Numbered from the stretch's first letter, positions 8,249-18,679 are shown. The stretch: DNA of 64,000 nt from Patescibacteria group bacterium (GCA_022711495.1 JAKLEX010000001.1:87058-151057); one strand, 5' to 3'. Translations and numbers: made by a program. Notes: a model not told the origin generated them from the sequence alone.

Positions 8249-9778
8249 TTATCGGGCGTAATCTATAACCCGATTTTCGCGAATGACCGTAACCTTGATT
8301 TCACCCGGATATTTGATCTCCTTTTCAATCTTTTCAGCTATATTTCTAGCCACTATTTTAGCTTCAGCGTCGGATATACTCTCCGGCTTAACGAAAACTC
8401 GAATTTCCCGGCCGGCTTGCAATGCATAAGATTTTTCAATCCCTTCAAACGAATCAGCGATAGCCTCAAGCTCTTCCAGGCGTTTTAGGTAATTTTCCGC
8501 GGTATCTTTTCGAGCTCCTGGTCGTCCGCCCGAAATTGAGTCGGCCACATAGACGATAACCGCTTCTGGCGTTTCAAACGGATATTCTTCGTGATGCGAT
8601 TGCATGGCTTGGATGATTTTTTCGTCCGCGCCGAATTTTTGCAGAATCCTTCGGCCGATCTCAACGTGAGAACCGGCGACTTCATGATCCAGCGCTTTGC
8701 CGATGTCGTGCAAAAGAGCTCCGGCCTTGGCGATTTCAACATTAGCGCCAATTTCTCCGGCGATCATGCCGGCGATATGAGCCATTTCAACGGAATGTTG
8801 CAAAACGTTCTGTCCATAACTGGTTCGGAAGTGCAGTCTGCCGAGAATCAACAAGATTCTTGAATCAAGTCCAATGACGCCGCATTCAAAAGCGGCTCTT
8901 TCTCCTTTCTCTTTTATTATCTTATTGATATTCTTTTTGGCGCGTTCAATTTCTTCTTCTATTTTAGCCGGCTGGATGCGCCCGTCTTCAATCAGATTTT
9001 CCAGCGCCATCTTGGCGATTTCTCGCCGGATCGGATCAAAAGTGGAGATGGTGATCATTTGCGGCGTGTCATCAATGACAAGTTCAACGCCAGTCTTTCT
9101 CTCAAAAGTTTTTATATTGCGACCGTCTTTACCGATAATTTTTCCTTTAACTTCATCGCTCGGCAAAGCAACCGTTGTGGTGAAAATGTCGCTGGATACC
9201 GAAGTGCCAAGCCGCTCAATGGCCGAAATCAAAATATTTCGAACTCGATTGTCGTAGATTTCTTTGCCGGACAGCTCAAGTTTTTTGATGCGATTTTGCA
9301 GATCTTGATCCTGTCGGGTTTCTATATTTTTTAGAAGCTCTTCCTTGGCTTCTTCTCTGGATAATTTTGAAACACTCTGCAGTTCGGAAATTTTTTGCTC
9401 AATTATTTCCTCAAGCTTTTTCTTTAAGGCTTCGGATTGGCCGAATTGCTTCTTTAATTCCTCAGATTCTTTTTGCAGATCTTTTTGTCGCTCATCCAAG
9501 AAAGATTCCTTGCCGACCAGACGATCTTCAGTTTTTTGTAGGCGCTCCTCTTCTTTTTTAATCTCTTCCTTGGCTTCTTTGATTATTTCATCGGCCTTGT
9601 TTGTCGCTTCGCCGGTGATTTTTTCCGCCTCTTCGCGGGCCTCAAGCAACTTTTCTTTTATCTCCAATTCCATCGAGCCCTTCTTTCCGAGGGCCACGAT
9701 GAAACGCAAAAACCAACCCACTGCGATGCCGATCAGACCGGCCGCCGTGGCGATCATTAAAACCACTAATAATTCCAT
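8249..9778 (-). CDS. rny: Ribonuclease Y
   Basis: N-terminal TM helix, long coiled-coil, KH domain (GKIIGKDGRNIKTFE...GVELVIDD), HD domain (LLHDIGKA...HH). Confidence 0.85.
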   Translation of the reverse strand: MELLVVLMIATAAGLIGIAVGWFLRFIVALGKKGSMELEIKEKLLEAREEAEKITGEATNKADEIIKEAKEEIKKEEERLQKTEDRLVGKESFLDERQKDLQKESEELKKQFGQSEALKKKLEEIIEQKISELQSVSKLSREEAKEELLKNIETRQDQDLQNRIKKLELSGKEIYDNRVRNILISAIERLGTSVSSDIFTTTVALPSDEVKGKIIGKDGRNIKTFERKTGVELVIDDTPQMITISTFDPIRREIAKMALENLIEDGRIQPAKIEEEIERAKKNINKIIKEKGERAAFECGVIGLDSRILLILGRLHFRTSYGQNVLQHSVEMAHIAGMIAGEIGANVEIAKAGALLHDIGKALDHEVAGSHVEIGRRILQKFGADEKIIQAMQSHHEEYPFETPEAVIVYVADSISGGRPGARKDTAENYLKRLEELEAIADSFEGIEKSYALQAGREIRVFVKPESISDAEAKIVARNIAEKIEKEIKYPGEIKVTVIRENRVIDYAR

Positions 9779-9959
9779 GAATTTTTATTCGCTCCTTATG
9801 TCCCCAGTATTCAATTTTGTTTCAAGCTTCAAGGTTGTTCGAGCGTCTCGGTCAGTCGGGATTTTGAAGCGTTTTAATTTACTTAGTAACGAGTTTATGT
9901 TAGCGCTTTTGCGAGGGGAAGTCAAAAAGCATTTAAGGTTATTAAGCTAGGTTATATTT

Positions 9960-10568
9960 CTACGAGATCACCTTATCTATAATTCCATATTTTTTAGCTT
10001 CTTCGGCAGTCATGAAATAATCTCGATCAACGTCTCTTTCAACTTGCGAGGCCGGCTTGCCCGTGCTGCTGGACATCATTTCAATAAGTTTCTTTTTTAA
10101 TTCCAAAATCCTTTTTGCGGAGATTTCAATATCAGAAGCTTGACCTTGCGCACCGCCAAGAGGCTGATGAATCATGACCTCGGCATTCGGCAAAGCAAAT
10201 CTTTTTCCTTTCTTGCCCGCTGATAAAATCCAAGCCGCTGCACTAGCCGCTAAACCGACACAAACCGTTGAGACATCATTTTTTACGTGATTCATGGTAT
10301 CAATGATGGCCATCATGTCCGAAATAGATCCGCCCGGAGAATTGATATAGAGCTGGATATCTTTTTTAGGGTCTTCTGATTGCAAGAATAAGAGTTGGGC
10401 GATGACGATGTTGGCAGCATGGTCGTCAATCGGTCCGCCGATGAAAATAATACCCTCTTTCAAAAGGCGAGAGTAGATATCAAAAGCTCTCTCTCCAAAC
10501 TGACTTTTTTCAATTACTGTTGGGATGATCATATTGTTATTGTCTATATTAATATAATAAAAATACAA
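9960..10568 (-). CDS. clpP: ATP-dependent Clp protease proteolytic subunit
   Basis: [23 protein letters not shown]...[19 protein letters not shown]...MIHQPLGG; the likely true start is the internal MIIPTVIE (near 10532). Confidence 0.85.
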   Translation of the reverse strand: MYFYYINIDNNNMIIPTVIEKSQFGERAFDIYSRLLKEGIIFIGGPIDDHAANIVIAQLLFLQSEDPKKDIQLYINSPGGSISDMMAIIDTMNHVKNDVSTVCVGLAASAAAWILSAGKKGKRFALPNAEVMIHQPLGGAQGQASDIEISAKRILELKKKLIEMMSSSTGKPASQVERDVDRDYFMTAEEAKKYGIIDKVIS

Positions 10569-10696
10569 AAAAAGGGGCCCAAACGCAAATTAAAGGCACT
10601 TATACCCTATTAATCCACCGGTTATGAACATTTTATGAAGTTTTTCGGTTTTGGACCGGTCTGAAACCGCCAGATTTCAGAATTTCTTTAGAACTT

Positions 10697-11752
10697 TTAG
10701 ATGTTTTCCAGAAATTCAAAAACCTTTTCGTTAGTCAATACGTTACTTAGGTACAATCGGGCCACATTTTCGTCAATCTCCTTATGATGTTCCACAAGAT
10801 GTTTCATCTCTCGCTCAAGACGCCCCGAATCCGGAGTTATTTTTTCAATATGAGCGATCTTTGGCAAAATCAAGTTCATTTTTGCGCGTTTGACCGCGTC
10901 CGTTTGCCATTCTTTTTTCAGATCTTCCTCAGTCTTTTTTATTTCTTTTAAGTAGTCTTCAAATTTTATGCCGATTTTTTCAACGTCGGCTCTATATTGG
11001 TAAATCATTCGCCTCTTTTCTTCTTCAATCAAGACTTCCGGCAAATCAATTTTTGATTCAAGGATAATTTTTTCAATGATCTCCGTTCGGCGGCGATTTT
11101 TTTCGTGAATTTCTCTCTCGGCTCGCATATTTTCCGCTAACTGTTTTTTGAAGTCATCCACTCCGGAGAACTTTCCCAATGTTTTGACGAACTCGTCGTT
11201 AAATTCGGGCAATTTGTCTTTGTCGGACTCCTCAACTTTTTCTCCCGAAGTTTTTTTCTTCAAGAATTCCGCCTCCGCCCGGTTTTTCCTGATGTAGTCA
11301 ATGTAATCACTAACTTCTTTTTCCGTAACCGCGACCGCGCCAGCCGGTTTAATTCCCTTGGCGATTTTTTTGTAGTCGGCCAACTCTATTGTTGGCATCA
11401 AGGTGAAAGTCGCCTTGAATTCAAAATCATCGCTCGGAGAGATTTTAGTCACAGAAATTTTTGGACTGGTTAGGGCGTCAATTTTTTCCTCAAGCATTAT
11501 TACCGGCAGTATTTCGTGTAGCGCTGCGTAAGCTTGCTCTTCAAAAATTTTCATCTCGCCGATCTTTTCAACAATCATTTTCTCTGGCGCCATGCCCTTT
11601 CTAAAGCCCTTGATTTCTATGTCCTTGCTCAATTTACGGACAGTTTTGTCTCGCAGGCTATCAATAAATTTCTTCTCTATGGCGACTTCAATCGTCAGTT
11701 CTTTATTGGCCTCGGCCTTTTTCTTTATCGTGTAGTTTTTATCGCCCGTCAT
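10697..11752 (-). CDS. tig: Trigger factor (short form: N-terminal ribosome-binding domain plus C-terminal chaperone domain, no PPIase domain)
   Basis: GFRKGMAPEKM signature motif; 351 aa; the C-domain-like LPEFNDEFVKTLG follows the N-domain directly; sits next to clpP as in the tig-clpP operon. Confidence 0.7.
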   Translation of the reverse strand: MTGDKNYTIKKKAEANKELTIEVAIEKKFIDSLRDKTVRKLSKDIEIKGFRKGMAPEKMIVEKIGEMKIFEEQAYAALHEILPVIMLEEKIDALTSPKISVTKISPSDDFEFKATFTLMPTIELADYKKIAKGIKPAGAVAVTEKEVSDYIDYIRKNRAEAEFLKKKTSGEKVEESDKDKLPEFNDEFVKTLGKFSGVDDFKKQLAENMRAEREIHEKNRRRTEIIEKIILESKIDLPEVLIEEEKRRMIYQYRADVEKIGIKFEDYLKEIKKTEEDLKKEWQTDAVKRAKMNLILPKIAHIEKITPDSGRLEREMKHLVEHHKEIDENVARLYLSNVLTNEKVFEFLENI

Positions 11753-11982
11753 TTCTCTGATTCTGTCGTTGTCCCCGTTATTATTTCCTCGGCCGGAGTC
11801 TCCGTGGATTTTGGTTCAAACTTTTCTTTTACCTTCTTCAAATAATATGAGCCACCGAGAACGATCAGAACTATGATAATAATTGATCCGATGATTGGTC
11901 CGATTCTGCCGCCCCTGGCTCGGGGTTTTTGCGGGGCATTGTTTTGTTCGTTGCCTATTTCGTTATTTATTTGGGACTCCAT
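11749..11982 (-). CDS. Hypothetical small membrane protein (77 aa)
   Basis: Single TM IIGSIIIIVLIVLGG; its stop overlaps the tig start by 4 nt (ATGA), suggesting co-translation. Confidence 0.3.
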   Translation of the reverse strand: MESQINNEIGNEQNNAPQKPRARGGRIGPIIGSIIIIVLIVLGGSYYLKKVKEKFEPKSTETPAEEIITGTTTESEK

Positions 11983-12034
11983 ATTTTTAGATTAAAAACT
12001 GATTGGCTAATTATAACCGTTTTGATGCCAATAA

Positions 12035-13279
12035 TCACTCGGTTTTCTCTGCCGGCAATTCATTTGCTGGCACTGTCTTTTCTGAAACCGGAGCTTCTGC
12101 CGTGTCGGCGCGGCTCTCATCTGCCACTTTGTTATCCGCATCTGCCGCTTTGTTATCCGCATCGGAGGTAACGTCTATTTTCCATCCTGTAAGTTTTGCC
12201 GCGAGGCGCACGTTCTGCCCGCCCTTACCGATGGCTAATGACTGCTGATCAGGATTGACTCTGACTCGGGCGATTTTTGTTTCAGGGTCGGTTTTTATTT
12301 CTAGAACTTTGGCCGGGGAAAGCGCCTCGGCTATAAACGCATCCGGATTTTCCGACCACTCGATGATGTCAATTTTTTCACCGCCGAGTTCCGACATAAT
12401 AGTGCTGACTCGAACTCCGCGTTGACCAACCAACGCGCCAACCGGGTCGACATGCTCGTCATTTGAATAGACGGCGACCTTTGATCTTGAGCCGGCCTCT
12501 CGAGCGATGGCCTTTATTTCAACAATATTGGTGTCCATCTCCGGAACTTCTGATCGAAATAGCTCTTCCAAGAATTTAGGATGTGATCTTGAGAGTTTCA
12601 AGAATACGCCATGATGAGTTTCGTCCACTCTGAATAAATAAGCGCGGACGCGTTCACCCTGTTTAAACTTTTCTCCGGGAATTTGCTCTTCATAATTGAG
12701 CATGCCAACGGCTCTGCCCATATTCAAATAGATTGTTCCGCGCTCAATTCTTTCAACGGTGCCGGAGACGATTTCTCCTTCTCGTTGGCCGAACTCCGAA
12801 ACGACGGAAGTTTTCTCCGCTTCGCGAATTTTCTGGGTGATGACTTGTTTAGCTGTTTGGGCGGCGATTCGTCCGAAGTCGCCCTTCTTCTCAAGAGGGA
12901 AAACCAGCTCATCGCCGGTCTGAGCGCCTTTCTTTATCAACCTGGCCTCTTCCACAAAGATGTGATGCTCCGGATTGTATCTTGGTTTTGGCTCTTCTCC
13001 TTCCGGCAGATCGGCTTTTGGAGCGGTCGGCTTGCTTTCATCTTCTTCCATAATAACGCCGTCTTTGTCAACGACGATTTTGGATTGCCAAAATTCCACA
13101 TCACCGCTGTTGATGTCAAACTTGGCTTTTATGAGTTGTCCTTTTTTTCCGTACTCTTTTTTATAAGCCGTTCCAAGGGCCATCTCTATGGCTTCAATTA
13201 TTTTTTCTTTAGGTATGCCACGTTCTTCTTCCATCTGTGACAAAACCGCGTTTATTACTTTTAAATCAAACATATTCAA
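12035..13279 (-). CDS. nusA: Transcription termination/antitermination factor NusA, with an acidic repetitive C-terminal tail
   Basis: N-terminal FDLKVINAVLSQMEEERGIPKEKIIEAIE, S1 domain GEIVSGTVERIERGTIYLNMG, two KH domains (VGALVGQRGVRV..., IGKGGQNVRLAAKLTGWKIDV); TTG start. Confidence 0.85.
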   Translation of the reverse strand: MNMFDLKVINAVLSQMEEERGIPKEKIIEAIEMALGTAYKKEYGKKGQLIKAKFDINSGDVEFWQSKIVVDKDGVIMEEDESKPTAPKADLPEGEEPKPRYNPEHHIFVEEARLIKKGAQTGDELVFPLEKKGDFGRIAAQTAKQVITQKIREAEKTSVVSEFGQREGEIVSGTVERIERGTIYLNMGRAVGMLNYEEQIPGEKFKQGERVRAYLFRVDETHHGVFLKLSRSHPKFLEELFRSEVPEMDTNIVEIKAIAREAGSRSKVAVYSNDEHVDPVGALVGQRGVRVSTIMSELGGEKIDIIEWSENPDAFIAEALSPAKVLEIKTDPETKIARVRVNPDQQSLAIGKGGQNVRLAAKLTGWKIDVTSDADNKAADADNKVADESRADTAEAPVSEKTVPANELPAEKTE

Positions 13280-13384
13280 TTTTGTTATCTCAATGGCGGC
13301 TGATGCCGCCGGCCTTTAAAAAAATTAGTCCGCCGATCGGCGAACTGTCCCTGATAGATAAGGTTATAATACCACATCCAAAAA

Positions 13385-13414
13385 ATTGAACAAGTTGTCG
13401 GAACTTTGTTATAA
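13385..13414 (+). promoter_or_regulatory. Sigma70-like promoter for pilB
   Basis: TTGAAC-18 nt-TATAAT immediately upstream of the pilB start. Confidence 0.45.
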
Positions 13415-15154
13415 TTGGAACAAATGTTCATCGATGAAAACAAACTTCAAGAGTTTATGATTGACTCTGGTATTGTTACCCGCGATATCATAGATCGCGC
13501 GGTGGAAATCGCTGGCAAGGATCGCGGCGTGGGGGACTATCTGGTTAGCGAAGGGATCATCTCCGAAGACGAGTTGAAACGGGTACAGGCCTACATATTG
13601 GGCATTCCTTTTATAAATGTTGGTGCGCAGAAAATTCCTCTTGAGGTTTTGAGTCTGATTCCCGAACCGATCGCTCGGAGAAGCAATATCGTGGCTTATA
13701 ACAAAGATTCCTCAGACCTGGAAGTGGCCATGCTTGATACCGATAATCTTAGCGCGATTGATTTCGTCAAAAAGAAAACGGGATTGAAAATTCTCCCAAG
13801 ACTTACTTCCACGGAGGGTATAAAAAAGGCCTTGGCCCAATATCAGAAAAGTCTGAAAGATGATTTTGGAGATATTATCCGACAGGAGACTAATAATCTG
13901 GCCGGTTCTGGCGTTGACGATCCGGAAAATTTGAAAAAAGTTGCCGGCGGATTACCGGTTGTTCGCATCGTTGATACTTTGTTGAAGCACGCTTTATTAC
14001 AAGGAGCGTCTGATATACACATTGAGCCGTCCGAAGACCAGGTAATCATCAGATACCGGGTTGATGGATTACTACATGACGCCATGACTTTGCCAAAAAA
14101 TAGTAGTTCGGCCATCGCCGCCCGTATCAAAGTTTTAGCCAGTCTTAGGTTGGATGAAAAACGTCTTCCGCAAGATGGCCGATTCAAAATGGAACTGGAA
14201 GGAGAAAAAGTTTCTTTCCGAGTTTCAATACTGCCGATTTATTACGGCGAAAAAATTGTCTTGCGCATTCTTCGGGAAGGAGCCGGCGGCTTTACTTTGG
14301 AATCGCTGGGTTTTCACGGCGATGGACTAGAAAGAATTCACCGGGCGCTTAAGCAAACTACGGGCATGGTTTTAACTACTGGCCCTACTGGCTCTGGAAA
14401 GACCACTACTTTGTATACTCTGTTGGATCTTTTGAATGTTCCGGACGTGAATATTTCCACCATTGAGGATCCTATTGAATATCAGATGCCCAGAATTAAT
14501 CAGACTCAAGTCAAACCGGACATTGGACTTTCTTTCGCCAACGGTCTGCGCGCACTGATTCGGCAGGACCCGGACATTATCATGGTCGGCGAGATCCGCG
14601 ACGGAGAGACGGCCGGTTTGGCGATAAACGCCGCGCTGACCGGGCACTTGGTTTTATCAACTCTTCACACCAACAGCGCCGCCGGCGCCATTCCAAGACT
14701 GATTGATATGGGCTCGCAGAGTTTCTTGCTGGTTTCCACTTTGAAAGTGATCGTTGCCCAGAGACTAGTCCGAAAACTTTCAATGAATCGCGAGAGATAT
14801 TTCTTGAAGAAAGCTGGAGTTGATCAGTTGGCAAAGATTGCCGACCTTGAGCGCTTACATCAAGTTTTAGTTGATGAAAAGATCATAGATAAAAACGTAT
14901 CGTGGACGCAAATCCCATTTTATCGACCGGTCGCGGCTTCTGGCGAAGACGGTTTTTCTGGTCGAATCGGTATTCATGAAATTTTAAACGTTTCTGAAAA
15001 CATTCGTGAGTTGATTATCAAGAACGCGACTTCCGATCAGATTGAAAAACAGGCTCGGATTGAAGGCATGCTTACGATGATTGAGGACGGCATCTACAAA
15101 GCGGTTTTGGGTCAGACAACCATAGAAGAAGTTCTTCGGGTTATTTCAGAGTAA
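13415..15154 (+). CDS. pilB: Type IV pilus assembly ATPase PilB (GspE family)
   Basis: N-terminal GSPII_E_N-like domain, Walker A GPTGSGKTTT, His box and Asp box; 579 aa; TTG start. Confidence 0.85.
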   Translation: MEQMFIDENKLQEFMIDSGIVTRDIIDRAVEIAGKDRGVGDYLVSEGIISEDELKRVQAYILGIPFINVGAQKIPLEVLSLIPEPIARRSNIVAYNKDSSDLEVAMLDTDNLSAIDFVKKKTGLKILPRLTSTEGIKKALAQYQKSLKDDFGDIIRQETNNLAGSGVDDPENLKKVAGGLPVVRIVDTLLKHALLQGASDIHIEPSEDQVIIRYRVDGLLHDAMTLPKNSSSAIAARIKVLASLRLDEKRLPQDGRFKMELEGEKVSFRVSILPIYYGEKIVLRILREGAGGFTLESLGFHGDGLERIHRALKQTTGMVLTTGPTGSGKTTTLYTLLDLLNVPDVNISTIEDPIEYQMPRINQTQVKPDIGLSFANGLRALIRQDPDIIMVGEIRDGETAGLAINAALTGHLVLSTLHTNSAAGAIPRLIDMGSQSFLLVSTLKVIVAQRLVRKLSMNRERYFLKKAGVDQLAKIADLERLHQVLVDEKIIDKNVSWTQIPFYRPVAASGEDGFSGRIGIHEILNVSENIRELIIKNATSDQIEKQARIEGMLTMIEDGIYKAVLGQTTIEEVLRVISE

Positions 15155-15163
15155 TTTATAAAT

Positions 15164-16384
15164 ATGGAAGTTGAATATAAATATCGGGCGATAAATGCTG
15201 ACAATGATTTAGTCACGGGCTTTAGAAGTGCTCCGGATGAAATATCTTTAAACCGGATTCTGCTCCAAGAGAGACTGAGACTTATTTCAGTTGAGCGCGT
15301 TTCTAGATTTCGCATTAAAAAACTCTTGGCTAAGTTGGGTGATTTCAGCCGAATTTCTGAACACGACAAAATAATTATGTACAGAAACCTTGGCTCAATG
15401 CTCAGCGCGGGATTGTCGTTGGCCAGAGCGATTTCTGTCATGTACCGCCAGACCACCAGTAAAGTTTTCCGAAAAATTCTTGGCAAGATTGATGAAAGCA
15501 TCAAGAAAGGTTCCAGTTTATCTGAAGCGTTCAGGCAATTTCCTCGGATTTTTAATCCGCTGGTTGTCTCCATGGTTAAGTCCGGCGAAGAAACTGGAAA
15601 CTTAGCCAAGTCTCTGCGCGTTACCGCCGAACAGATGGAGAAAACTTATCTGCTCAAGAAAAAAATACGCGGCGCGATGATTTATCCGGGCTTTATTATT
15701 CTGGCTATTTTTGTGGTTGGGATTTTTATGATGATTTATGTTGTTCCAGTTTTGACCGATACTTTTAACGAGCTGGAGATCGAGCTGCCAATGTCAACTC
15801 GGGCCATCATAAGTATCAGTGATTTCTTGCAAAATAATCTGTTGGGAGTCGCGGTGGGAATTTTGATTTTGGCCGCGCTGGTTATCTGGTTTTTGAGAAC
15901 TAAGTCTGGAAAGAGAGTCTTTGATTCCGCCCTGATTAAAGCCCCGGGCTTGTCTCCGATGATTAAGGAAATAAACTCCGCCAGGGTGGCCAGAGCCATG
16001 TCCTCGCTTCTTTCTGCCGGTGTGCCGGTGGTCAGGGCGTTAGAAATTTCTAAAGATATTGTCCAGAATTCTTACTACAAACAAGCTCTGGAAGGGGCGG
16101 CGAAAAATATTGGCGAGGGTCTTCTGATCTCCAAAATTTTTGCCGAAAATAAAGATCTTTTCCCGACTTTTGTTTCAGAGATGGTCTCGGTCGGGGAGGA
16201 AACTGGTGAACTCGGCGGGATGTTAAATGAGGTGGCGGTGTTTTATGAAGCAGAGGTTGATCAAAAAATAAAAAATATTTCCGCCATTATTGAACCAGCG
16301 CTGATGATTGTCGTTGGCGTGGCGGTCGGATTTTTTGCCCTGTCTATGATCGGTCCGATTTATAGTTTGTCCGAAGGCATATAA
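15164..16384 (+). CDS. pilC: Type IV pilus inner-membrane platform protein PilC (GspF family)
   Basis: Two repeated GspF domains, 3 TM segments, directly downstream of pilB. Confidence 0.8.
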   Translation: MEVEYKYRAINADNDLVTGFRSAPDEISLNRILLQERLRLISVERVSRFRIKKLLAKLGDFSRISEHDKIIMYRNLGSMLSAGLSLARAISVMYRQTTSKVFRKILGKIDESIKKGSSLSEAFRQFPRIFNPLVVSMVKSGEETGNLAKSLRVTAEQMEKTYLLKKKIRGAMIYPGFIILAIFVVGIFMMIYVVPVLTDTFNELEIELPMSTRAIISISDFLQNNLLGVAVGILILAALVIWFLRTKSGKRVFDSALIKAPGLSPMIKEINSARVARAMSSLLSAGVPVVRALEISKDIVQNSYYKQALEGAAKNIGEGLLISKIFAENKDLFPTFVSEMVSVGEETGELGGMLNEVAVFYEAEVDQKIKNISAIIEPALMIVVGVAVGFFALSMIGPIYSLSEGI

Positions 16385-17017
16385 ATGAATAAGAAAGAAA
16401 ATACAAAAGAAAATAGGAGCCAAGACCCTCTAAAGCTTGAGCAAATGAAAAAAATTCGTGACGAAATTTTTAATCTCACTAGTTCTCCTTTGTACGCTGA
16501 GCGCGTGGCCAGCGGAAACTTTCCCGTCATTGGAGAAGGAAGTTATGATGCTGGGATTATTTTTATCGGTGAAGCTCCGGGAAAAAACGAGGCCAAAACC
16601 GGGCGACCATTTTGCGGCGCTTCCGGCAAAATCTTGGATGAATTGCTCGCTCACGTTGGCATAGACCGGAAAAATGTCTACGTGACAAATGTCGTGAAAG
16701 ATCGGCCGACCAATAACCGTGATCCGAAACCCGAAGAGATTGAGCTCTACTCTCCTTTTTTAGATCGGCAGATTGAGATAATCAAGCCGCGGGCGATAGT
16801 TACTCTGGGCAGATTTTCCATGCAATATATTATGAATAGATTCGGCCTGACTTCAGAATTGCAATCAATCAGTTCGATTCACGGCAAGAAGTTTTTTGTT
16901 AAAGAGAAAGATTTGTTTATTGTTCCTCTATATCATCCGGCTGTTGCGGTCTATAATCGCAACATGTTGCCTGATCTAAAGAAAGACTTTGAGATTTTGA
17001 AAGATATTTTGCGCTAG
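16385..17017 (+). CDS. Uracil-DNA glycosylase, family 4
   Basis: GEAPGKNEAKTGRPFCGASGKILDELL, the family-4 UDG motif; start codon abuts the pilC stop. Confidence 0.7.
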   Translation: MNKKENTKENRSQDPLKLEQMKKIRDEIFNLTSSPLYAERVASGNFPVIGEGSYDAGIIFIGEAPGKNEAKTGRPFCGASGKILDELLAHVGIDRKNVYVTNVVKDRPTNNRDPKPEEIELYSPFLDRQIEIIKPRAIVTLGRFSMQYIMNRFGLTSELQSISSIHGKKFFVKEKDLFIVPLYHPAVAVYNRNMLPDLKKDFEILKDILR

Positions 17018-17120
17018 ATGCTGGCCCCGATAATTTAATCTACTGAAATTTGGAATCCGAACAAGGAAAAGTTACAATTAGACGACAGCCGTCATTCGCG
17101 CCGCGCTTGAAATCAACAGA

Positions 17121-17894
17121 ATGAAGAACATTTTGAGAAACAAAAAATTGATTGTCGCCAACTGGAAGATGAACCCCGGTAATTTATCGGATGCTCGAAA
17201 GATTTTTTCAGGTTTGAAAAAAGCCAAGATTAAAGCTTCCAGGACGATAAATGTTATCTGCCCGCCGAGCATCTTTTTGGGTGACTTGGCTAGCGACTAT
17301 TCCGGAAATAAGTTTATTTTTGGCGCTCAAGATGTTTCTTTCAGACAAGAAAATGAGTCAACCGGAGAGATCGGCACAGAGATTCTGAAATCTCTTGGTA
17401 TAACTTTTGTGATCGTCGGTCATTCGGAAAGACGAGCTCTGGGTGAGACGGACGAAATTGTCTCTCTAAAAGCCCGCGCGGCGATAACTGGCGGACTGAT
17501 CCCCATAATCTGCGTTGGCGAACCGGAAAGAGACGCTACGGGCGCGTATCTTAGAACGGTTGAAGAGCAGCTTTCTGGCTCTCTGGCCAAAATTTCTCGA
17601 TCTGACATTAAAAAAGTGATAATTGCTTATGAACCGATATGGTCTATCGGGGCCGGACACAAAGCTCCTTCATCAAGCCAGATTCATCAGATGACTTTAT
17701 TTATACGCAAGATCTTATCCCGAATTTACAACAGAAAAGCGGCGATGGACGTCCCGATTTTGTATGGCGGCTCCGTTGATGTTGATAATTGTCGGGAAAT
17801 TATCAGACACGGCGAGACAGACGGGCTTTTAATCGGCCGGGCTAGTTTAAATCAGTTTGTTTTGGCTGATATTTTGAAAGTATTGAATAAGTAA
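17121..17894 (+). CDS. tpiA: Triosephosphate isomerase
   Basis: ANWKMN, VGHSERR, CVGE, AYEPIWSIGAG, YGGSV. Confidence 0.85.
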   Translation: MKNILRNKKLIVANWKMNPGNLSDARKIFSGLKKAKIKASRTINVICPPSIFLGDLASDYSGNKFIFGAQDVSFRQENESTGEIGTEILKSLGITFVIVGHSERRALGETDEIVSLKARAAITGGLIPIICVGEPERDATGAYLRTVEEQLSGSLAKISRSDIKKVIIAYEPIWSIGAGHKAPSSSQIHQMTLFIRKILSRIYNRKAAMDVPILYGGSVDVDNCREIIRHGETDGLLIGRASLNQFVLADILKVLNK

Positions 17895-17928
17895 GGCGGC
17901 GCCGATTATAAATTTGGCTTAAAATAAA

Positions 17929-17952
17929 AGCCCCGCGCATAATCGCGGGGCA
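17929..17952. terminator. Intrinsic terminator hairpin, probably used mainly by the minus strand
   Basis: GCCCCGCG-CATAAT-CGCGGGGC preceded on the plus strand by AAAATAAAA, which gives a T-run on the minus strand. Confidence 0.45.
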
Positions 17953-17955
17953 AGA

Positions 17956-18156
17956 TCAGGTGTCTTGAGTTTTACACTTTTTTATCAGCGGCCAAATATG
18001 CCGGAGGAACAAGTCAATGAAAACGGTTGAGAAAAACCACAGACAGAATAATCCGAAGAACAAAAACTCAAAGTACCAGACATATTCTGTAACCATTAAG
18101 TTCAGCATCTCTTCTCCTTTTATTGGATGCAAAGGCTGGTGTTGACCAAAGAACAA
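17956..18156 (-). CDS. Hypothetical small membrane protein (66 aa)
   Basis: Hydrophobic core FEFLFFGLFCLWFFSTVFIDLF; sits between HIT and the terminator hairpin. Confidence 0.25.
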   Translation of the reverse strand: MFFGQHQPLHPIKGEEMLNLMVTEYVWYFEFLFFGLFCLWFFSTVFIDLFLRHIWPLIKKCKTQDT

Positions 18157-18203
18157 TCTGGGGGAATCTTAGCCAGAGGAGATGATTTTTTTATAAAAAA
18201 GTT

Positions 18204-18614
18204 TTAAAGCGCCGAGATAATTTTATTCGCCACTTCTTTGGCCTCGTTATTTTTATAGGAAACGCGATTTGGAAGCCCGCGGTCTCCGGTTTTTCTCGGA
18301 ATGATGTGAATATGGGCGTGCGGAACTATCTGTCCGGCGGCTTCTCCGTTGTTCATCGCGACATTCACTCCGTCGCAAGAAAGCCCTGTCTTGATGGCGG
18401 TGGCGATTTTTTTAACCACCCTCATAAGATTTGCCATCTCGTTGTCGGGCAGATCAAAAATGTTTTTGTAAGATTTTTTGGGCACGACAAGCGTGTGGCC
18501 GACATGGCTTGGATTAACGTCTAAAAAAGCCAATGTCTCGGAGTCTTCGTAGATCTTAGTGCAAGGGATTTCTCCGTCAATAATTTTCCCAAAAATTGTT
18601 TTTTCTGTTGACAT
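18204..18614 (-). CDS. HIT-family (histidine triad) nucleotide hydrolase
   Basis: HVGHTLVVPKK ... AGQIVPHAHIHIIPR histidine triad. Confidence 0.8.
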   Translation of the reverse strand: MSTEKTIFGKIIDGEIPCTKIYEDSETLAFLDVNPSHVGHTLVVPKKSYKNIFDLPDNEMANLMRVVKKIATAIKTGLSCDGVNVAMNNGEAAGQIVPHAHIHIIPRKTGDRGLPNRVSYKNNEAKEVANKIISAL

Positions 18615-18679
18615 GAATCAATTTTAACATAATTTTACTCAAGTATTTTATCGTCCGTCTTGTGTTAGAATGAAAAATT

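Noticed and set aside
10569-10696. Possible terminator or attenuator between clpP and tig (CGGTTT...AAACCG stem)
   Set aside because: The stem is short and no T-tract follows on the relevant strand. The two genes are more likely co-transcribed.
12100-12180. Possible CRISPR-like repeat
   Set aside because: It is a two-unit tandem repeat inside the nusA coding region (an acidic tail). No spacers and no array are seen elsewhere in the window.
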